From Tubiluchus corallicola (Eukaryota; Animalia; Priapulida), in contig JAQGDQ010000370.1 of NCBI GenBank assembly GCA_030141605.1, forward strand, positions 83,029-147,028: 64,000 nucleotides of DNA. The letters are read 5' to 3'. Positions within the stretch are counted from its first letter, which is position 1. Every line of letters starts with the position of its first letter. The notes beneath the pieces were generated by a model. The model was given only the letters and a program-made list of their open reading frames with translations, was not told where the DNA came from and searched no databases. The position numbers and the translations under genes are program-made. Shown piece after piece: positions 38,138 through 56,289 of this stretch.

Positions 38138-38171
38138 CTGGTGAACGAAAACATCTTCTTGCGTATCATTC
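38138..38171 (-). CDS. YBX1: Y-box protein, exon 3 (34 nt)
   Basis: NDTQEDVFVHQ (RNP2 motif). Confidence 0.93.
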
Positions 38172-38254
38172 CTGCAAAGAATATTAAAGAAATTTACATG
38201 ATCTGCACGATCCGATTCATGCGCAAAATATTTCTAAATTCAATTTCATGCAAC

Positions 38255-38760
38255 TTTCGAAAATGAGAATTACGAATTTATTCCACAGCAACTCAAACAT
38301 ACATATAAATTGATATAACATTGAAAAAAATAAACTATGCGAGTTACTGTGAGGAGGAGGAAGGAGCCCTAAGCTTTTGAGTCCTCCTCCAGATAAGTGA
38401 AACAATTGACAATTAACATTACATTTTCATCAGTTATAATTTACATCAGAACAAAACAAGTTTTGTTAGTAACTTAAGATCAGAATGAGTAAAATTGTGA
38501 GTTAATTATACAGTTGTAGTAGGTAATTCTTTGATGCTTTTTTAAATTGATAAAGATTAAGAGTTTTCATTTCATGCGGAATTGATGACCATATTTTAAT
38601 AGCATTATATTTTGATGACTGTTTCGTTATATTTGTTTTTGGAAGGGGGAGTACATAGTTTTCGACTGAATATCTTGTGTAATGATCATGTTGATTTGAA
38701 ACTGGACTAAAGTATGACTGAAAAGCTGGTGGAAGTAGTGAATTATGATAGTGATACACG
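38255..38760 (-). mobile_element. CR1/L2-group LINE 3' fragment
   Basis: HDHYTRYS...SSKYNAIKIWSSIPHEMKTLNLYQFKKASKNYLLQLY*, followed by a UTR with aataaa. Confidence 0.7.
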
Positions 38761-39191
38761 AAATGAGACTTAAAAAACGGGAAAACAGTAAATTTTAAAA
38801 TGTATTCCAGATAAATTTACATATATTAATTAGCTTACCTGTTTGAAAGAGTTTCGTAACTTTCGTATTTAATTAAAAGAAAATTCTTAACAATTCAAAG
38901 TATTCGCGCTATCCAACAAAACAGCACTGCATAGCTATCCCAGTGTGCACTACTGAGTCACAGAGGAAACACATTACTTATCTTATTGACAATATAAATT
39001 AACACTTTTGTTTATTTAGGAAAGAGCGTGCTACGAATGCTTTGACTATTTGACTACAAAATTTCAAGGCAAATTATTTAAGACGTTGAGAGTGTTTCGT
39101 TGTGCTTTAAAGCTGAAATACTCCGACTTCGTATCACACAAATTATTCCCGGCACTCAAACAGAAACTTTATAGACACAAAATCAACACAC

Positions 39192-39255
39192 CTGTTGATG
39201 AATCCGTATCCACTCTTCACATTAAACCACTTCACGGTGCCCAATACTTTGACAG
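39192..39255 (-). CDS. YBX1: Y-box protein, exon 2 (64 nt)
   Basis: [22 protein letters not shown] (cold-shock domain RNP1). Confidence 0.96.
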
Positions 39256-39457
39256 CTGGAAGAAAATAACATGCAAAATTACGTAAACTTGTATAGTATG
39301 GTATAGTGCGAAGCCCTACGAAGCCATTGCATACTGGCAGTTATAAGCAGGCCTATACCCCATGGAATACTCTCGTCAGTTCAACAGGTGTGCAGCAAGC
39401 GTGTTTGACGTCTCAGCACCTGCTCCGCAAATACAATCAGCACGCAGCACATAACTG

Positions 39458-40036
39458 CAGGGTGCATAAGATTATGGATATGTATAAAATAAATAAAATA
39501 GCTTATTTTATGGATTTTTGAAATTTTATTTTATGGATATCAATAAAATAAGAAATAGACTATATCTGGAACGAGATGCCCAGGAAGAAATCAATTAAAA
39601 AGTAAAAACAGGAGTGCTTGAAACGTGTTTTTAAACACACAGGACTTAGTTTTAATTTTATCTGTTTCGTTTTAATTTTATCGGTTTCATATCACTTCAA
39701 ATTTAATCAAATTTTACGAGACAATGGCTGGGTTTCTCTCAGTTATTTTCAGACCGAACTCCAGCTCAAGCTTTGGTTGAAACTTCGCCATCTTGATAAC
39801 AAAAAGACAATGAGAAAAAAAAACAATGTAAAATAGCAAATCCGGAAATGTGCTTTTGTTGGTTTGTTTTCTTTCTCTTTCTCTCCTTCTAACGTTCGTT
39901 TTCAGTGTTGCCAATGCTTACAACTCATCACTTTGTACAAAAAATCACAAAAGAAAATATTTTTTTATTTTATGCATTTCTTATTTTATGGATTTTTGGT
40001 CTTATTTTATGGATATCCATAATCTTATGCAGCCTG
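39458..40036. mobile_element. TIR element (hAT-like MITE)
   Basis: cagggtgcataagattatggatat...atatccataatcttatgcagcctg; TSD imperfect. Confidence 0.75.
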
Positions 40037-40631
40037 CACATAAGACAGCATTTTGGCAATCTTTTGATGCAATTTCTGTCGCAATGAACCGAATGAGGAC
40101 ACGGGAAGAATCAGCACCATCCACTTTCATTGCAATATGGCATTTACTAGTATCTGCATACATGTAAGCACACATTTTTTGAAATAAAAATACTTAATAT
40201 TGAAAATTGATTGAATATTAAATATAAAAAAACTGATCGAACTAAACACTACATACTTGCTTATAAGTTTGAGTCAATTACTGAATTTAACAATTGGCCA
40301 TGCAGGCGTAACTACTCAATATCAATGAAATAGCACTGATGCTAATGTACCATATTTTAGTACGTAACAAATACTTAAGTATCTACCTACTGAGACAAAA
40401 ATTAATAATAAAACTACACCAACAAAACTCTAGGAATGCTTCAAATCACGTCTTACGAAAGTGTATTTTGTCATTTCTATGTTGGGATAAAGCTTGTTGG
40501 AGAGAATAGAGTAATGAGTGTCAGCTCGCACTTACTGTCAGAAAGTAACTTGTAGCAAGTTTTGCTCTCTAGTATGAATGTGCTTGCGAGTTACTTGGTG
40601 AATTTATTCAGCAAGTAACATGTTTTTAGAA

Positions 40632-44310
<3,679 letters not shown>

Positions 44311-44711
44311 ACTTTACTATACTAATTTCTACATATTATCAGTTAACATTTGGCAAAATATACAAATTTACATTTAACATACGAATTTCACTATACTAAT
44401 TTTGTCAGTTAAGTACATTTTTGTCAACTTCCCAAAACTGGGTGCATAAAACACACTTTTACGATATACGTAAATATTTATAGTTGCATTAAACGTTGAA
44501 AGTGTATGTCATCAGACCCCCAGTTCAGCTGACGAGGCATTTTGAAGAAACCATGTTTACCAAGCTACTGACTTTCAACTCTAAACATGATGCACATGGC
44601 AAACAAATGTCCTAATCAAGCCTGCAAAATTAATATGCATACTCGAGGCTGATGAAAATCAACCATAAGCCTGACACATGCAAACTTACTGATATTTTCA
44701 GTACAAATAAG

Positions 44712-45070
<359 letters not shown>

Positions 45071-45254
45071 TAAAAAGATGTTGAGTGAATGAAAAGAAAC
45101 TGTCTGTCTGTCTTCTCCAGGACTCAATCTGAGGCTGAGAATGCCCAGAAAGTGGGAAACAGCTAGACGGCCCTATTCAAGTGGGTTAAACAACTCAAAA
45201 AATTCCGATGTGGTAACAAAACCAAGGGCATGGATCAAAACAATGTCACTGTCT

Positions 45255-46125
45255 GCAGGTCAAATGAAGGCAGTAAATTTTCAGCATTTACTGTAGGTCA
45301 AATGATGGCAGTATGCTTTTAACATTTACTGCAGGTCACATGATGGCAGTATGCTTTTAACATTTACTGCAGGTCAAATGATGGCAGTATGCTTTCAGCA
45401 TTTACTTTAGGTCAAATGATGGCGGCATGCTTTCAGCATTTACTTTAGGTCAAATGATGGCAGTATGCTTTTAGCATTCACTGCAGGTCAAATGATGGCA
45501 GTATGCTTTCAGCATTTACTTTAGATCAAATGATGGCAGTATGCTTTTAGCATTTACTTTAGATCAAATGATGGCAGTATGCTATTAGCATTTACCGCAG
45601 GTCAAATGATGACAGGAGCTTTCAGCATTTACTGCAGCTCAAATGATGGCAGGAGCTTTCAGCATTTACTTTAGGTCAAATGATGGCAGTATGCTTTCAG
45701 CATTTACTTTAGGTCAAATGATGGCAGTATGCTTCTAGCATTTACTGCAGGTCAAATGATGGCAGTATGCTTTCAGCATTTACTGCAGCTTAAATGATGG
45801 CAGGAGCTTTCAGCATTTACTATAGGTCAAATGATGGCAGTATGCGATTAGCATTTACTGCAGGTCAAATGATGGCAGGAGCTTTCAGCATTTACTTTAG
45901 GTCAAATGATGGCAGTATGCTTTCAGCATTTACTTTAGGTCAAATGATGGCAGTATGCTTTCAGCACTTACTTTAGGTCAAATGATGGCAGTATGCTATT
46001 AGCATTTACTGCAGGTCAAATGATGGCAGTATGCTATTAGCATTTACTGCAGGTCAAATGATGGCAATATGCTTTTAGCATTTACTGCAGGTCAAATGAT
46101 GGCAGTATGATTTCAGCATTTACAG
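45255..46125. repeat. Minisatellite, 39-bp unit x ~22
   Basis: aggtcaaatgatggcagtatgctttcagcatttactgc repeated head-to-tail. Confidence 0.97.
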
Positions 46126-46940
46126 TTTTATTAACCAAGACATTTAATGAACATGTACTGAATAAAAAAACTTAACAAACATAAATGTTGGCCTTCACTT
46201 GCTAATCAGCGGGCACTAGTTTGGACACATCTGATCGCACGCAAAAAACTAAGCATTTTCTTGCCAGTTGAATGATTAATGATTTATTGCACCATATTTA
46301 GTTTGATCACATTTCTTGCTTTTGTGGTCAACTAGTCAGAGTCCAAAGACAGACAGGCAGGTATCATATTCAACTGTGTAACGACTCAAGCCATTAATCA
46401 AGAAGTGAAAGCTTAAAATGTGTAATGTAACCTGTGCCTGCTGATGGGCAGGTTTGTCCCGATTGACGATCATGTCAGAAAATCTACGAGGTCATATATA
46501 TGTGTTGGTCTTGAAGGCCATTAACGAAATTACTTCCACTCTGTAGCAATGGCTATTCTGTAGAGTCATCCTGGTGCTTGAATACTACTGGCATGCTTCC
46601 ACGTAAGATCACCACAAACTTATGGTGAACGTGACAGGCAACCGCGTGGTGATGATTTCCACTCTTGTTTTCATTCTTGCAGTATTAGGAGTTAAAGTAA
46701 TGCCGACTTAAATGCAGAGTATTTGGTATGCGCAGGTTAACAGTTAAGTAAACCTAACAACGTTTAATGAAGCAAACACAACAACGCGTTTTTTACACTT
46801 GACCACGCCTCGAGGCCCATGCTGTTGTATTAGTATACAGTTCTTGGTGTTAATTTTTGCTTCATCTATTTCATTTTAAGTAGATTACTGCTGCTATTTT
46901 GCTAGGTGTTTTTGAATAAGAATAACATGTTAGCTTAAAA

Positions 46941-47350
46941 CAGGGGTGTGCAATATATCTGACTAGCCGGGCCACATTAAACTTTCCCACAATTCCTGTG
47001 GGCCACATGCAGTTTGCTCAAGGAGCCAAGTACAGTAGGACCTAATAACGATTTTTCTGCATCTGATCTGTCACATCATTACTACTGCACTACTACACTC
47101 AAGAAACTATTTTAGAAGTTACGAAAATTTATATTAAAAACCATATATTTCGTCACGTCCGACAGTGACATTAAGTGACAACGGTCTTGTAAGGGTTAAT
47201 GCCATCCGATCTAGAGGAAAAAACTACCCGCGCTATCTTTGTGACATTGGTGCAGACGTCAGCTGGATCGCGTGGGCCGCACTTTCATTACGTTGACAAA
47301 CCTCTTCGCGGGCCGCAAGTGGCACGCGGGCCGCAGTTTGCACACCCCTG
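46941..47350 (+). mobile_element. hAT MITE family A (short variant)
   Basis: TIRs; TSD gcttaaaa/gtttaaaa. Confidence 0.88.
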
Positions 47351-48380
47351 GTTTAAAACTATACACATGTAGTACTACAATAAAAATAAATGTAGTTACG
47401 TGCAAGCATAAACAGTCATTACGGTCACATGATTGTTGTAGTTAAAAAAGATGTTATAGGTTCAATTAATCTTTGACCTACGGCAACTGTGCGTGCGCAA
47501 AGTAAAACTGTGAAAAGGCTTATTGAGTGATCCTAAATTTCTGTTGAAAAAATTTAAACTCTTTGCAAACAATAATGGGAACTAATGCAAAAACCTTCAC
47601 TAAAAAAAATTAACTATATTAGCCTAAGAATTGCATTATTACTTAATCTCTTATTGTGCATGTAAGCAACGAAAATATCTATTTACCTTACTGATCATAA
47701 ACACATATGCTGCCACAGCAAGATACTAGAATAACTAGCGTAGTTTATGTACTCGGAAATTAACGTCAGTACCAAATCACAATATTCGCAAATATTTATC
47801 GCATGTCTTAATTTTGCGGTAGAAAGTAAAAAATTTAACCATGCCAACTGTGCGTCAGTACTAAGTCACAATATTCGCAAATATTCATCACACGTCTTAA
47901 TTTTGCAGTCAACCAGTAGAAAATTTAACCATGCCGAATGTGAGTAGCAACAATCAGTGGGTAAAAATAAAAAACAAACGAAATTTAGCAATAATAGCAA
48001 TACGTTGTAATAGCATACTATTCATGCAGGCCTTTATCACCATCTTCATCTTATCTCGGTCCTCAAAGTGTAATCATTATGGAAATTAGTGACACGATAA
48101 TTATTATGAAAATTCATGACAGCATCATAGTCATGAATACTGTACAAGTAATTTTACTTGCTCAGCCGTTTCCTGATCTTTTCTATATTATCTAGTATAC
48201 CTTATATTAAAGTAAATTTTAGGGCTTTAGCATTGACAAACAGATAGATGATACTACTGTTTATTATTTGTTTACCATTTCGCGTCTAACTTAGGTTTAG
48301 AGGTATATCTGTATAAAATATTCTGGCGTCTAACATTCTCAACTTTACTATTTCTGAACGTTCAATAAGTAAAATCTTGC

Positions 48381-48441
48381 CTATGATCTTTTTTTCTGGA
48401 ATTTCGGTGTTATCCTCGGGGTGTTGCTCCGAGTCGGACAT
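48381..48441 (-). CDS. YBX1: Y-box protein, coding exon 1 (GC donor; spliced protein 306 aa)
   Basis: MSDSEQHPEDNTEIPEKKII then G|gcaag. It joins phase 1 to give [16 protein letters not shown], matching the conserved [16 protein letters not shown]. Confidence 0.88.
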
Positions 48442-48560
48442 GGTCCTAGATGTTGTTGGATCCTGTCCCGGTGTTAATAGGACGGTCTGCTTTGTTACCG
48501 GTGTTACTCTATCAAGATGGCTTCTTACACTCGTGGTTTAACTAAATCGCATACCGCATA
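48442..48560 (-). promoter_or_regulatory. Y-box 5' UTR/promoter region with YY1-like motif
   Basis: caagatggc at 48513-48521 (gccatcttg on the sense strand); locally CpG-rich. Confidence 0.4.
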
Positions 48561-51500
48561 GTTTACCGCTGCCCATGGGAATTCTCAGCAAGCTACATTG
48601 GGTTTTCTTTACGTGCACTTTAAACTGCGAGGTACTTTAATCAGAACTACTGCTTAACTTATGGTGTTTCATAGGGTATAAAACTTTTGTTGGTGATATC
48701 AACAGTAATTTGTGCAGTAATGCACGAAACTGTTTCAATGAACCTCATGAACATCATTAAATTATGATATTCTTACTGATCATAACTATAAACCAGCTGA
48801 AAACGCAAAGGCAACTATATATAAGTTGGCGACGTGACGTTATACTTTGAAATAATGCTTGGGGGCTTACAAGGGGATACTAATTTAAAATCACTATCAG
48901 TTTGTATACAAGATATTCAAGATAAAATTTTCTTTTAAACCTTAAAGTAGGCTTAATTTAATGCAGAAAGGGTAAGAGTATACAGTTCACAACTGTGAAC
49001 TTTGAAAATAATTAAATAATCAAAAGGAGATTGATGCTTTCAAAGACAATGATACAGATCATTATTAGAAATAAAACTGCTAAAAGTCATAACAAGCAAA
49101 GATTTGTATGATAAAATCAAGGATAGGGTGAGTGTAGAACATTCCAGTTTTTTAGTTCGAATCGAATCTAAAATTATAGATTCGAGTAATTCAACACTTC
49201 AGCCACATGTGTTCTTTAGGATTAAAATGCTCGAAACCGCATGCAATTAGCACAATTTTTAACTGGAGTTTCTGTCAAATTTTTTAACAAACTAACAATG
49301 GTGTTACTGCAGAATAATTTCAAATATTGTGCATAATCTTTGTAAGACCACTTTTTACCGGTGGTTTGAAAACTTGTTCAAAAATCTTTCAAACTTAATT
49401 TGAATTCGATTCAGATTAAAAATATTGAAATTCGGTTTGATTTGAATTCGAAAGCCGTAAATTTGATACGAATTCGCTTTCTAGTAGAGAATGCTGCGTT
49501 TCCTTCTTGTAAAAATGTGATAAATAAAGATACTTACTTACTTATGTCGTTTGGCACATGTAGTAGGAACACTCCTCTAGGATCACTTTGGCTTGTTTGT
49601 TCTGCTTAAATTACCTTAACAGTTAGATTTTTCTACTCTAACTGTTCGATTGTTTTAACACTTAACACTTTCTGAAATATTCTGGTTCAAATGCCTGGTA
49701 GTTCTATTTCTCATTGACAGTCTATAGAGACGTGTCCACGTTAGCCTTTACTTAATTTTATTTGAACTTAGATTTAGAACTAATGATATTTTTTATTTGC
49801 AAAATGTTAACTCTTGTTTGATAATAGGAAATGTATGAAATGTGTTTTTGATCTGTGATACAATAGGATAAACGTGTTTATGCTAGTCTAAATTATGCTA
49901 ACGATATTTTTATTTATTGTTGTTGCTGTGCTTTGTATATTGATTATTGACATTGTTATGTCAGTTTGTTAATATCTTATTATAAATTTTATGGCCAAGT
50001 TAGTTCATTGTTGTGTTTTTGTTTGACGATTTCTTTTTTGTAGGATCCTCAATACAACAGTTTCATATTTCACAATACAGAGTAACAGAGTGCCTATGAT
50101 AGTAATGTGGATAAATTTACAGCCAAAGTAGCTTAACATATGGGCAGGAATTGTTTTAGCATAATGTCTGCTCTCCATTTTTTTTAATAACCAAGTCAAT
50201 TATTCTCAAGCCTGTTCACAGTTGAGATTTAACTGGTGGGAGAAAGCTGAATAGAAGAACAAGGACACAGTAAAAATGGCATTTCAGCCAACTGCTTTAT
50301 TTGGAGTCATTATCAGAGGAAGTGAAGCTATACCTACGCAATGCACAATAATGTACAAAAATGTAGAATAATATTGTACAATACGTACAATAATGTTTTT
50401 AAACTTTGACAATAAATGTGTATATTTTTACCTTCAGCTTGCCTTTACCTTCAACAAAAAATGTTTTGAATTCTTGCTCTGTTCTCAATGTACGCTTAAG
50501 TTTATATGTTCGTTGTGCATTTACAGAACTGCAAAGAATAAGAATAGAATTTAGTTAATTATCACTGCAGTTAATTAAGTTCTAGCTTTATTCAGTGTAG
50601 TTGCGTAAATATGTAGAGAGCCAAAAAAACTAATGAACATTATTATTTTAGTCATGTAACTACAGTATTGAGAAAAAAGCTAGACCTCAATACAGTTACT
50701 GTGCTGTTTTGTTTAAGGTTTAATACTGGCTTAATTAGGTTGTGTGAATCGGGCCTTTATGCAATCTTAATAAAGGAAATTCTAGTACAGTAACTGGTTC
50801 CATGCTGGGCCAGCACTGGTTCCGAGAATTGGGCCGGTTGAAATTGTGGTGTGCAAACGATTACTGGCCCGGAACAGGCAAGTTACTGTGGCCCGGTTAC
50901 CAGTTTTGGCTTGCCTGTACTGGGCCAATTCCGCAATTGCCATAATGCCAGTAATGGCCCACAACTCGCCCATAAAGTCAATGTTTACTAGGTTTCGTTC
51001 ATTAGTATGGATCAACGTGAATTAAATCGCTGGAGCAGTAACTGATAAAGTAATTATATGTCAAACCTTATGTATCAAGTTTTCATTATTTATATATTTA
51101 TTAACTATAATTAGAGTTAAATAAATAAATTATTTATTGTAGCCTTAGTATGATTTCCCTCACAATTGAATCCTACAATTTACTTTATGCCTGTCTTTCT
51201 GACCTATAGACGGCGCCACATATTATTTACATTTTCCATTTTCTGTGTAACATATAAATTAAAATATTACGTAATGAATTTTACTTTATCGAACTTCGGA
51301 GATATGCTGTTATGATTCTATATGTATGAATTTTATTGCAGATTAATTTCTTATTTAGTTGACAGATTTATACGTTATGGTATTATACCTTAACTTCATC
51401 TGTTCTCGTGTTGTGGGCCCTTCGAATCTGCCACAATTTCGCAAACTGTTGAGGAGAGAACCGTGTTGTGGTTAGGGCTCTTAGACCTCGCAAGCAAGTA

Positions 51501-52187
51501 TTTGGAAAAATTCTTTGGATGCTGGTTAGTAGCAGTGGCATTTAAACCCGCGAAACTGGGAAACTGAAGTTTTAGTTTTACTTTTAGCCTGCAACTTCTT
51601 TAAAAGCTTTTAAAACTAAAAGTTTTATTTTCATTAATTATCTTTATACTTTAAGCTTATTTATCGCCATATTGCAATGTTGTTGTTGTTGTTGTATTTT
51701 GTATTTATGGACGTTTATGTATTTTTCATAGTTGTGTTCTTCTGTCATTAGTGTCATTTTGTTTACTTGTCTTTCTGAGAAGGGTGGTTGACTCGCTAAC
51801 CTTTGGTTTTTCACCACACTTTATCACGGTGCTGTCTTCTATTTGTCGGGCATGCGCACCTGACAAAAAGGCTCCATTGCCAATCTTAGTAGATTCACTG
51901 AGCCGCTCGTAGCTTTGACAGTTTAAAGAAATTTGAGTATGTGAGGTATTGTTATTTAATGTAAGCTTTGATATAAAAAAACTGTTGTAATTTTCAATAT
52001 TTTAGAGCATACTTTATTCTGAAGTACTGTCCACACAATTGTCCGGTTTTATTTTAATAAGATTGCTTTTCGAGTAGGTACTAAACAGTTATGTAGGTGC
52101 TATCGGTGACGAGCTGTTATGAGAATTTGTAATTCGAACACAACTTGTGACTTAAACAACATTCAAATTGGTGACCACCTTTGAAGA

Positions 52188-52366
52188 TGAAGGAGGTTCC
52201 TACATACCGTTTGCACTGAATGTGTAGCAATAATCCATAAAAATATGGGAAAAAGTACAGAAATATACAGGTCTAGATACACCTCCAGCTTCGGCTATAA
52301 GGGACATCGGTTAAAAGGGATGGTTCTTTCCGGTCCCGAGGTGCCCCTTATATCTGAGGTTGACTG
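52188..52366 (+). mobile_element. Right-end fragment of MITE family T1
   Basis: Matches 7875-8037 and ends gttgactg|ta. Confidence 0.8.
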
Positions 52367-53564
52367 TATGTTGATACGCCTATCAAATGGGACTGCTAGG
52401 TCTATTATGCAGATCTATTTCTAGTACTGTTGGTTAGAAATACACCTTGCAGGTGTACGTGAGGTCTGTGGAATTGTTGAGTTAGTGATTAAGATTTAGT
52501 TAGGTATTCTGGTCGTTATTGTTGTCACATCTATACAAATTTATGAACACATGTGGAGACATGTCTATATTGATTGTTCTTCTGGACCTTGTTAATATGG
52601 CCCTCTACATTTGGACATTTTTACATTTTGCGTTTTTTCAGTAAAATGGTAGCTGCTACTGCTGTCGCAATTGTACAAATTTAAGAATATGATCCTACAT
52701 GGATATCGAACGTTCTTTCTAATCAGTCAAAGTCTTTTTCTTGCTTGTTTGATGGCCTGAGTTTTATGAAAGACAAGCTATTATCCATATAAAACAAAAC
52801 AAGTTCAGATTTAGTTTAAATTTCAACTTGGTCTCTGAGTGCATTATTAGACATGTTGTAATCTATGGCACATTTGTATGAAACTAGGGTCGCAAAGAGA
52901 GCGCAAGTTATCATGAAAGATGAATTCCATCCAGGTAATAAATACTTTGAAATGCTCCCCTTTTGTCGTAGATTCCGCTCAATTAATGCTAAGAACTTTA
53001 AATTCTTTCTATCCCATTGCAATTCACACCAAAAACATTAAATTTCAGTAAATCTCCAATATTAATTCTTTATATCGCTGTACAACTGATTGAATTATTT
53101 GTGTTAATCTCCTTGTTGTTTCTATAAGTTACTGCAGTACGTAAAACCACGTAAATTTCAGTGTATGTAATATGCTATAATGACAATAAATTGCTTACTT
53201 ACTTACTTACAGTCACAAAGACCATTGTTGCCTAGATATAATGTTTAAGCTGTTAGTGTTATGTGAAATGTGCCAGCTACATGTTCATGCATCTGTTGTT
53301 TTGTTGATACCTGTAGTTGGCACATCTGTAGGCAACATACGCTAACAATCTAATTTAAACTGGTAAATTTTGGGTGAAATGCAAACCCTGGTCAGGTTAT
53401 CCATCCAGCTGTGGATGTAGATTTTCGTAGAGAGAGAGAGGATGCATGCACAGCCAAACAAGGCTAAGACACCCCTGCTGATTCAGTGGCTCATTTTACA
53501 GAGATATAAGATGCAGTATAACATCATGATATATATATATCATGATGTTCATAGTGTAAATACA

Positions 53565-53602
<38 letters not shown>

Positions 53603-54073
53603 ACACACACATACATATATATATGTATATGTATATATTTACACTATGAACATCATGATCTCAGTGAGTAGCCCGTCATTGAATGCTAAATTCCGTGTTT
53701 CTGGATGACAAAATATATAAAAAACACAGAGAGAAATGGGGGGGGGGGGGCTAAGTTGGGCGCGGCTGTCAGTGACAAGAAATTGGGCTGCATAGGCGAG
53801 GCTTGGCGTCTGCCACCAACCTGTGTATTCCTCTTCATTCCTGTGTAGCCGATTACAATTTTTGCTTTCAGTCACCTGCTGAAAGAGTACATTCCGTAAC
53901 AGTAAACTAAATACACTTACTAATTGCTAAAATGAATAATTCAGTCTTGTTGATACTTTTCTCTATTTGTAAATTATTATCCTATAGTGTGGGAACTTCA
54001 GCACTTGTTTAATTCTTTACATAAGATTAGCCAGGGCTCCACAAATGGGAGAAGTTTACATGAGCTTAGCCAG

Positions 54074-54741
54074 CAGGGGTGGAATTAGGGGGGAGGGGGG
54101 TGGCATATGCCCCCCTGTCAAAATTTGTGCCCCCCTGCAAATAAATTTTTTAATTTAATCGGACAAATAATGTTTTTTGCAGTGAAAATTGCAGTTCGCA
54201 TGTAATCATTTTCAATATGAATTAGGATTAGGTAAAAAAATGTTTGGTAGCTTCAGTGTGCGTGCAGACAAAACTCAATGTGCATAGAGGTGCCTATCAC
54301 AGTGTAGGCCTACAGGGACCACACACAGTTACAGGCTCTACACACAGGCCAACAGGTCTGTGTACACAGCTATAGGATGCTGGTGTAGCAGCGGTACCAT
54401 GCTGAAATTTGAGACTTTTTGAAAACTTTTAGACTTTTTTGTCCAAGGAAGTATCGTTCCACATTTTATTTTGACATTTCCTGCGTATTATTTTCTTAAA
54501 ACTTGTGTGTGATAAATTTCGGTAAATAACAATTTAGTTAGAGGCACATTAATAACGTTAGGTTTACTGAGAGTTAATTTCCTCGTTATTGCTCTGTCCG
54601 CTACACATGCTAATTATAGGCCTGCATGCAGTGTAAAGGGGGTTAAAAATAGCCTTAACCATTATTTAACCACTTCGGATACCTCGCCCCCCCCAGAAGA
54701 ATTCCCCTCCCCCCTGCTTGCCACATCTAGTTCCGGCCCTG
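54074..54741. mobile_element. hAT-like element with 8-bp TSD
   Basis: ttagccag|caggggtggaattag...ctagttccggccctg|ttagccag. Confidence 0.75.
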
Positions 54742-55364
54742 TTAGCCAGGGCTCCAGAAATGGGAGAAGTTCACATGAGCTTGGACAGAGCTCAAAAACA
54801 GAAGAGTGTAATGCAAACAGAAGAGAGAAAGAAACAAGTAGAAGGGAAACAAGCTGCTGACAGAGAGTTCCAAAGAGCTGATGTCCGGGGAAAAAATTTA
54901 ACAGAGTTTTCAGACTTCGACATTGCTTGTTAGAATATAAATTTTAAATTCCACATGGCAGCCAAAAACAACATAATTTGTTCATGTGCTTTGTGTTGGC
55001 CAGATTTTTTATTGGTGTAACCTCGCTAAATTCTAGTCACTGTTACACAAATCATTTATGATTCCGTGTATAACTGGAGACCGGTTTTACGACATTCCAA
55101 TAAACTGTGGACATGTAAGCAGAAGATTTTTTAATAGCTTATACAGAAGCTAAATGCATTTACTTGTGACACCTTGAACTGTTATGCGTTGCCTTGATTT
55201 TTTTTAAAAATAAATTGTAAGTATGCCGTTAGTTATTGTGAAAGTAATAAATTTACTTGAATGAACTGGAACTTCCAGTTAAATTTCTAATATGGTAATA
55301 GATCACATTAATCAATTAATATATTTAGCAATTCTAGTTCTATATGTATAGCAATTTAGCAATA

Positions 55365-55878
55365 CAGTCTAGCCTCGTTATCTCGCCCCTCGTTATGCCG
55401 CCAAACTCGTCTCTCGCCATAGAAAGTACCAGAACGGATTTCCTGCTTTGATATTTACCTCGTTAAGTCGCCACCCTCGCTTCTCGCCCTCGCCATGTCA
55501 TGCTAGGATGAGTGCTTATGTAGATTATATTCGTTATGTCGCCAAACAGACAAACTCAGAGGTGAATCGATCAATACATATACGGCGTGTCGATCAACAT
55601 AACCGCAGTATGTAGACAACGCTGCTGTACTCGATAGACAGACATAATTAATCTAGTGTGTGTCTCACCAGGATTAGATTAGGAGTGCTGTGGTTGGTTA
55701 ATGTGCAGAGAAACTAAAGCGTCACCGATATCCTTACTCTACAACACCAAAGCTATAGAGTATATATTATGTATATACATATAGACTAACTTCGTTATAT
55801 TCCCGTTATCTCGCCATACTCGCCTCTCGCCAAAAATTTGCCCCAGACGGACAGTGGTGAGATAACGAGACTAGACTG
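55365..55878. mobile_element. pogo/Tigger-like MITE (family T2)
   Basis: TA|CAGTCTAGCCTCGTTATCTCGCC...GGTGAGATAACGAGACTAGACTG|TA. Confidence 0.88.
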
Positions 55879-56289
55879 TATTTAGCAATGTTCAATTGAT
55901 AGGAGTGGTTTTACACTAGTAAAGTTACATAATAATATAATAGTGATGTAAAGTCTATTGCAAAATTTAACCAAAACAACTCTACATTGGTCATCATGAT
56001 ATTTGCGTATGGGCTGTACTGGCTTACTGAAAAGAAGAACCGCCTAACTGGTTTTTCGTATGAAGAAATTCGTCAGATTTTGTATTATATTCTCACTAAA
56101 TAATGTAAATATTCTACTTATATAAGCATATCAAAAGGCGTGTTTGACGTTCAGGCAATAAACCTGATGCAATTTCTTAAATTTGCTATGACGGACATCA
56201 CCGGTCAAGGTCACAGATGATTCTAAAATTAGTCCTAAAAATTAGAATGTTTGGCCTGCTAAACATTTAGCCTGCTAAAATAGCTAAAC

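Noticed and set aside
45255-46125. CRISPR-like regular array
   Set aside because: Head-to-tail units with no unique spacers, no cas genes, and a eukaryotic context.
53821-53878. Possible minus-strand exon (VTESKNCNRLHRNEEEYT)
   Set aside because: Splice-like flanks, but it could not be linked in frame to the candidate upstream exon and shows no recognisable homology.
54718-54933. 71-aa charged ORF
   Set aside because: Starts inside a transposon end and a local duplication; no splice or homology support.
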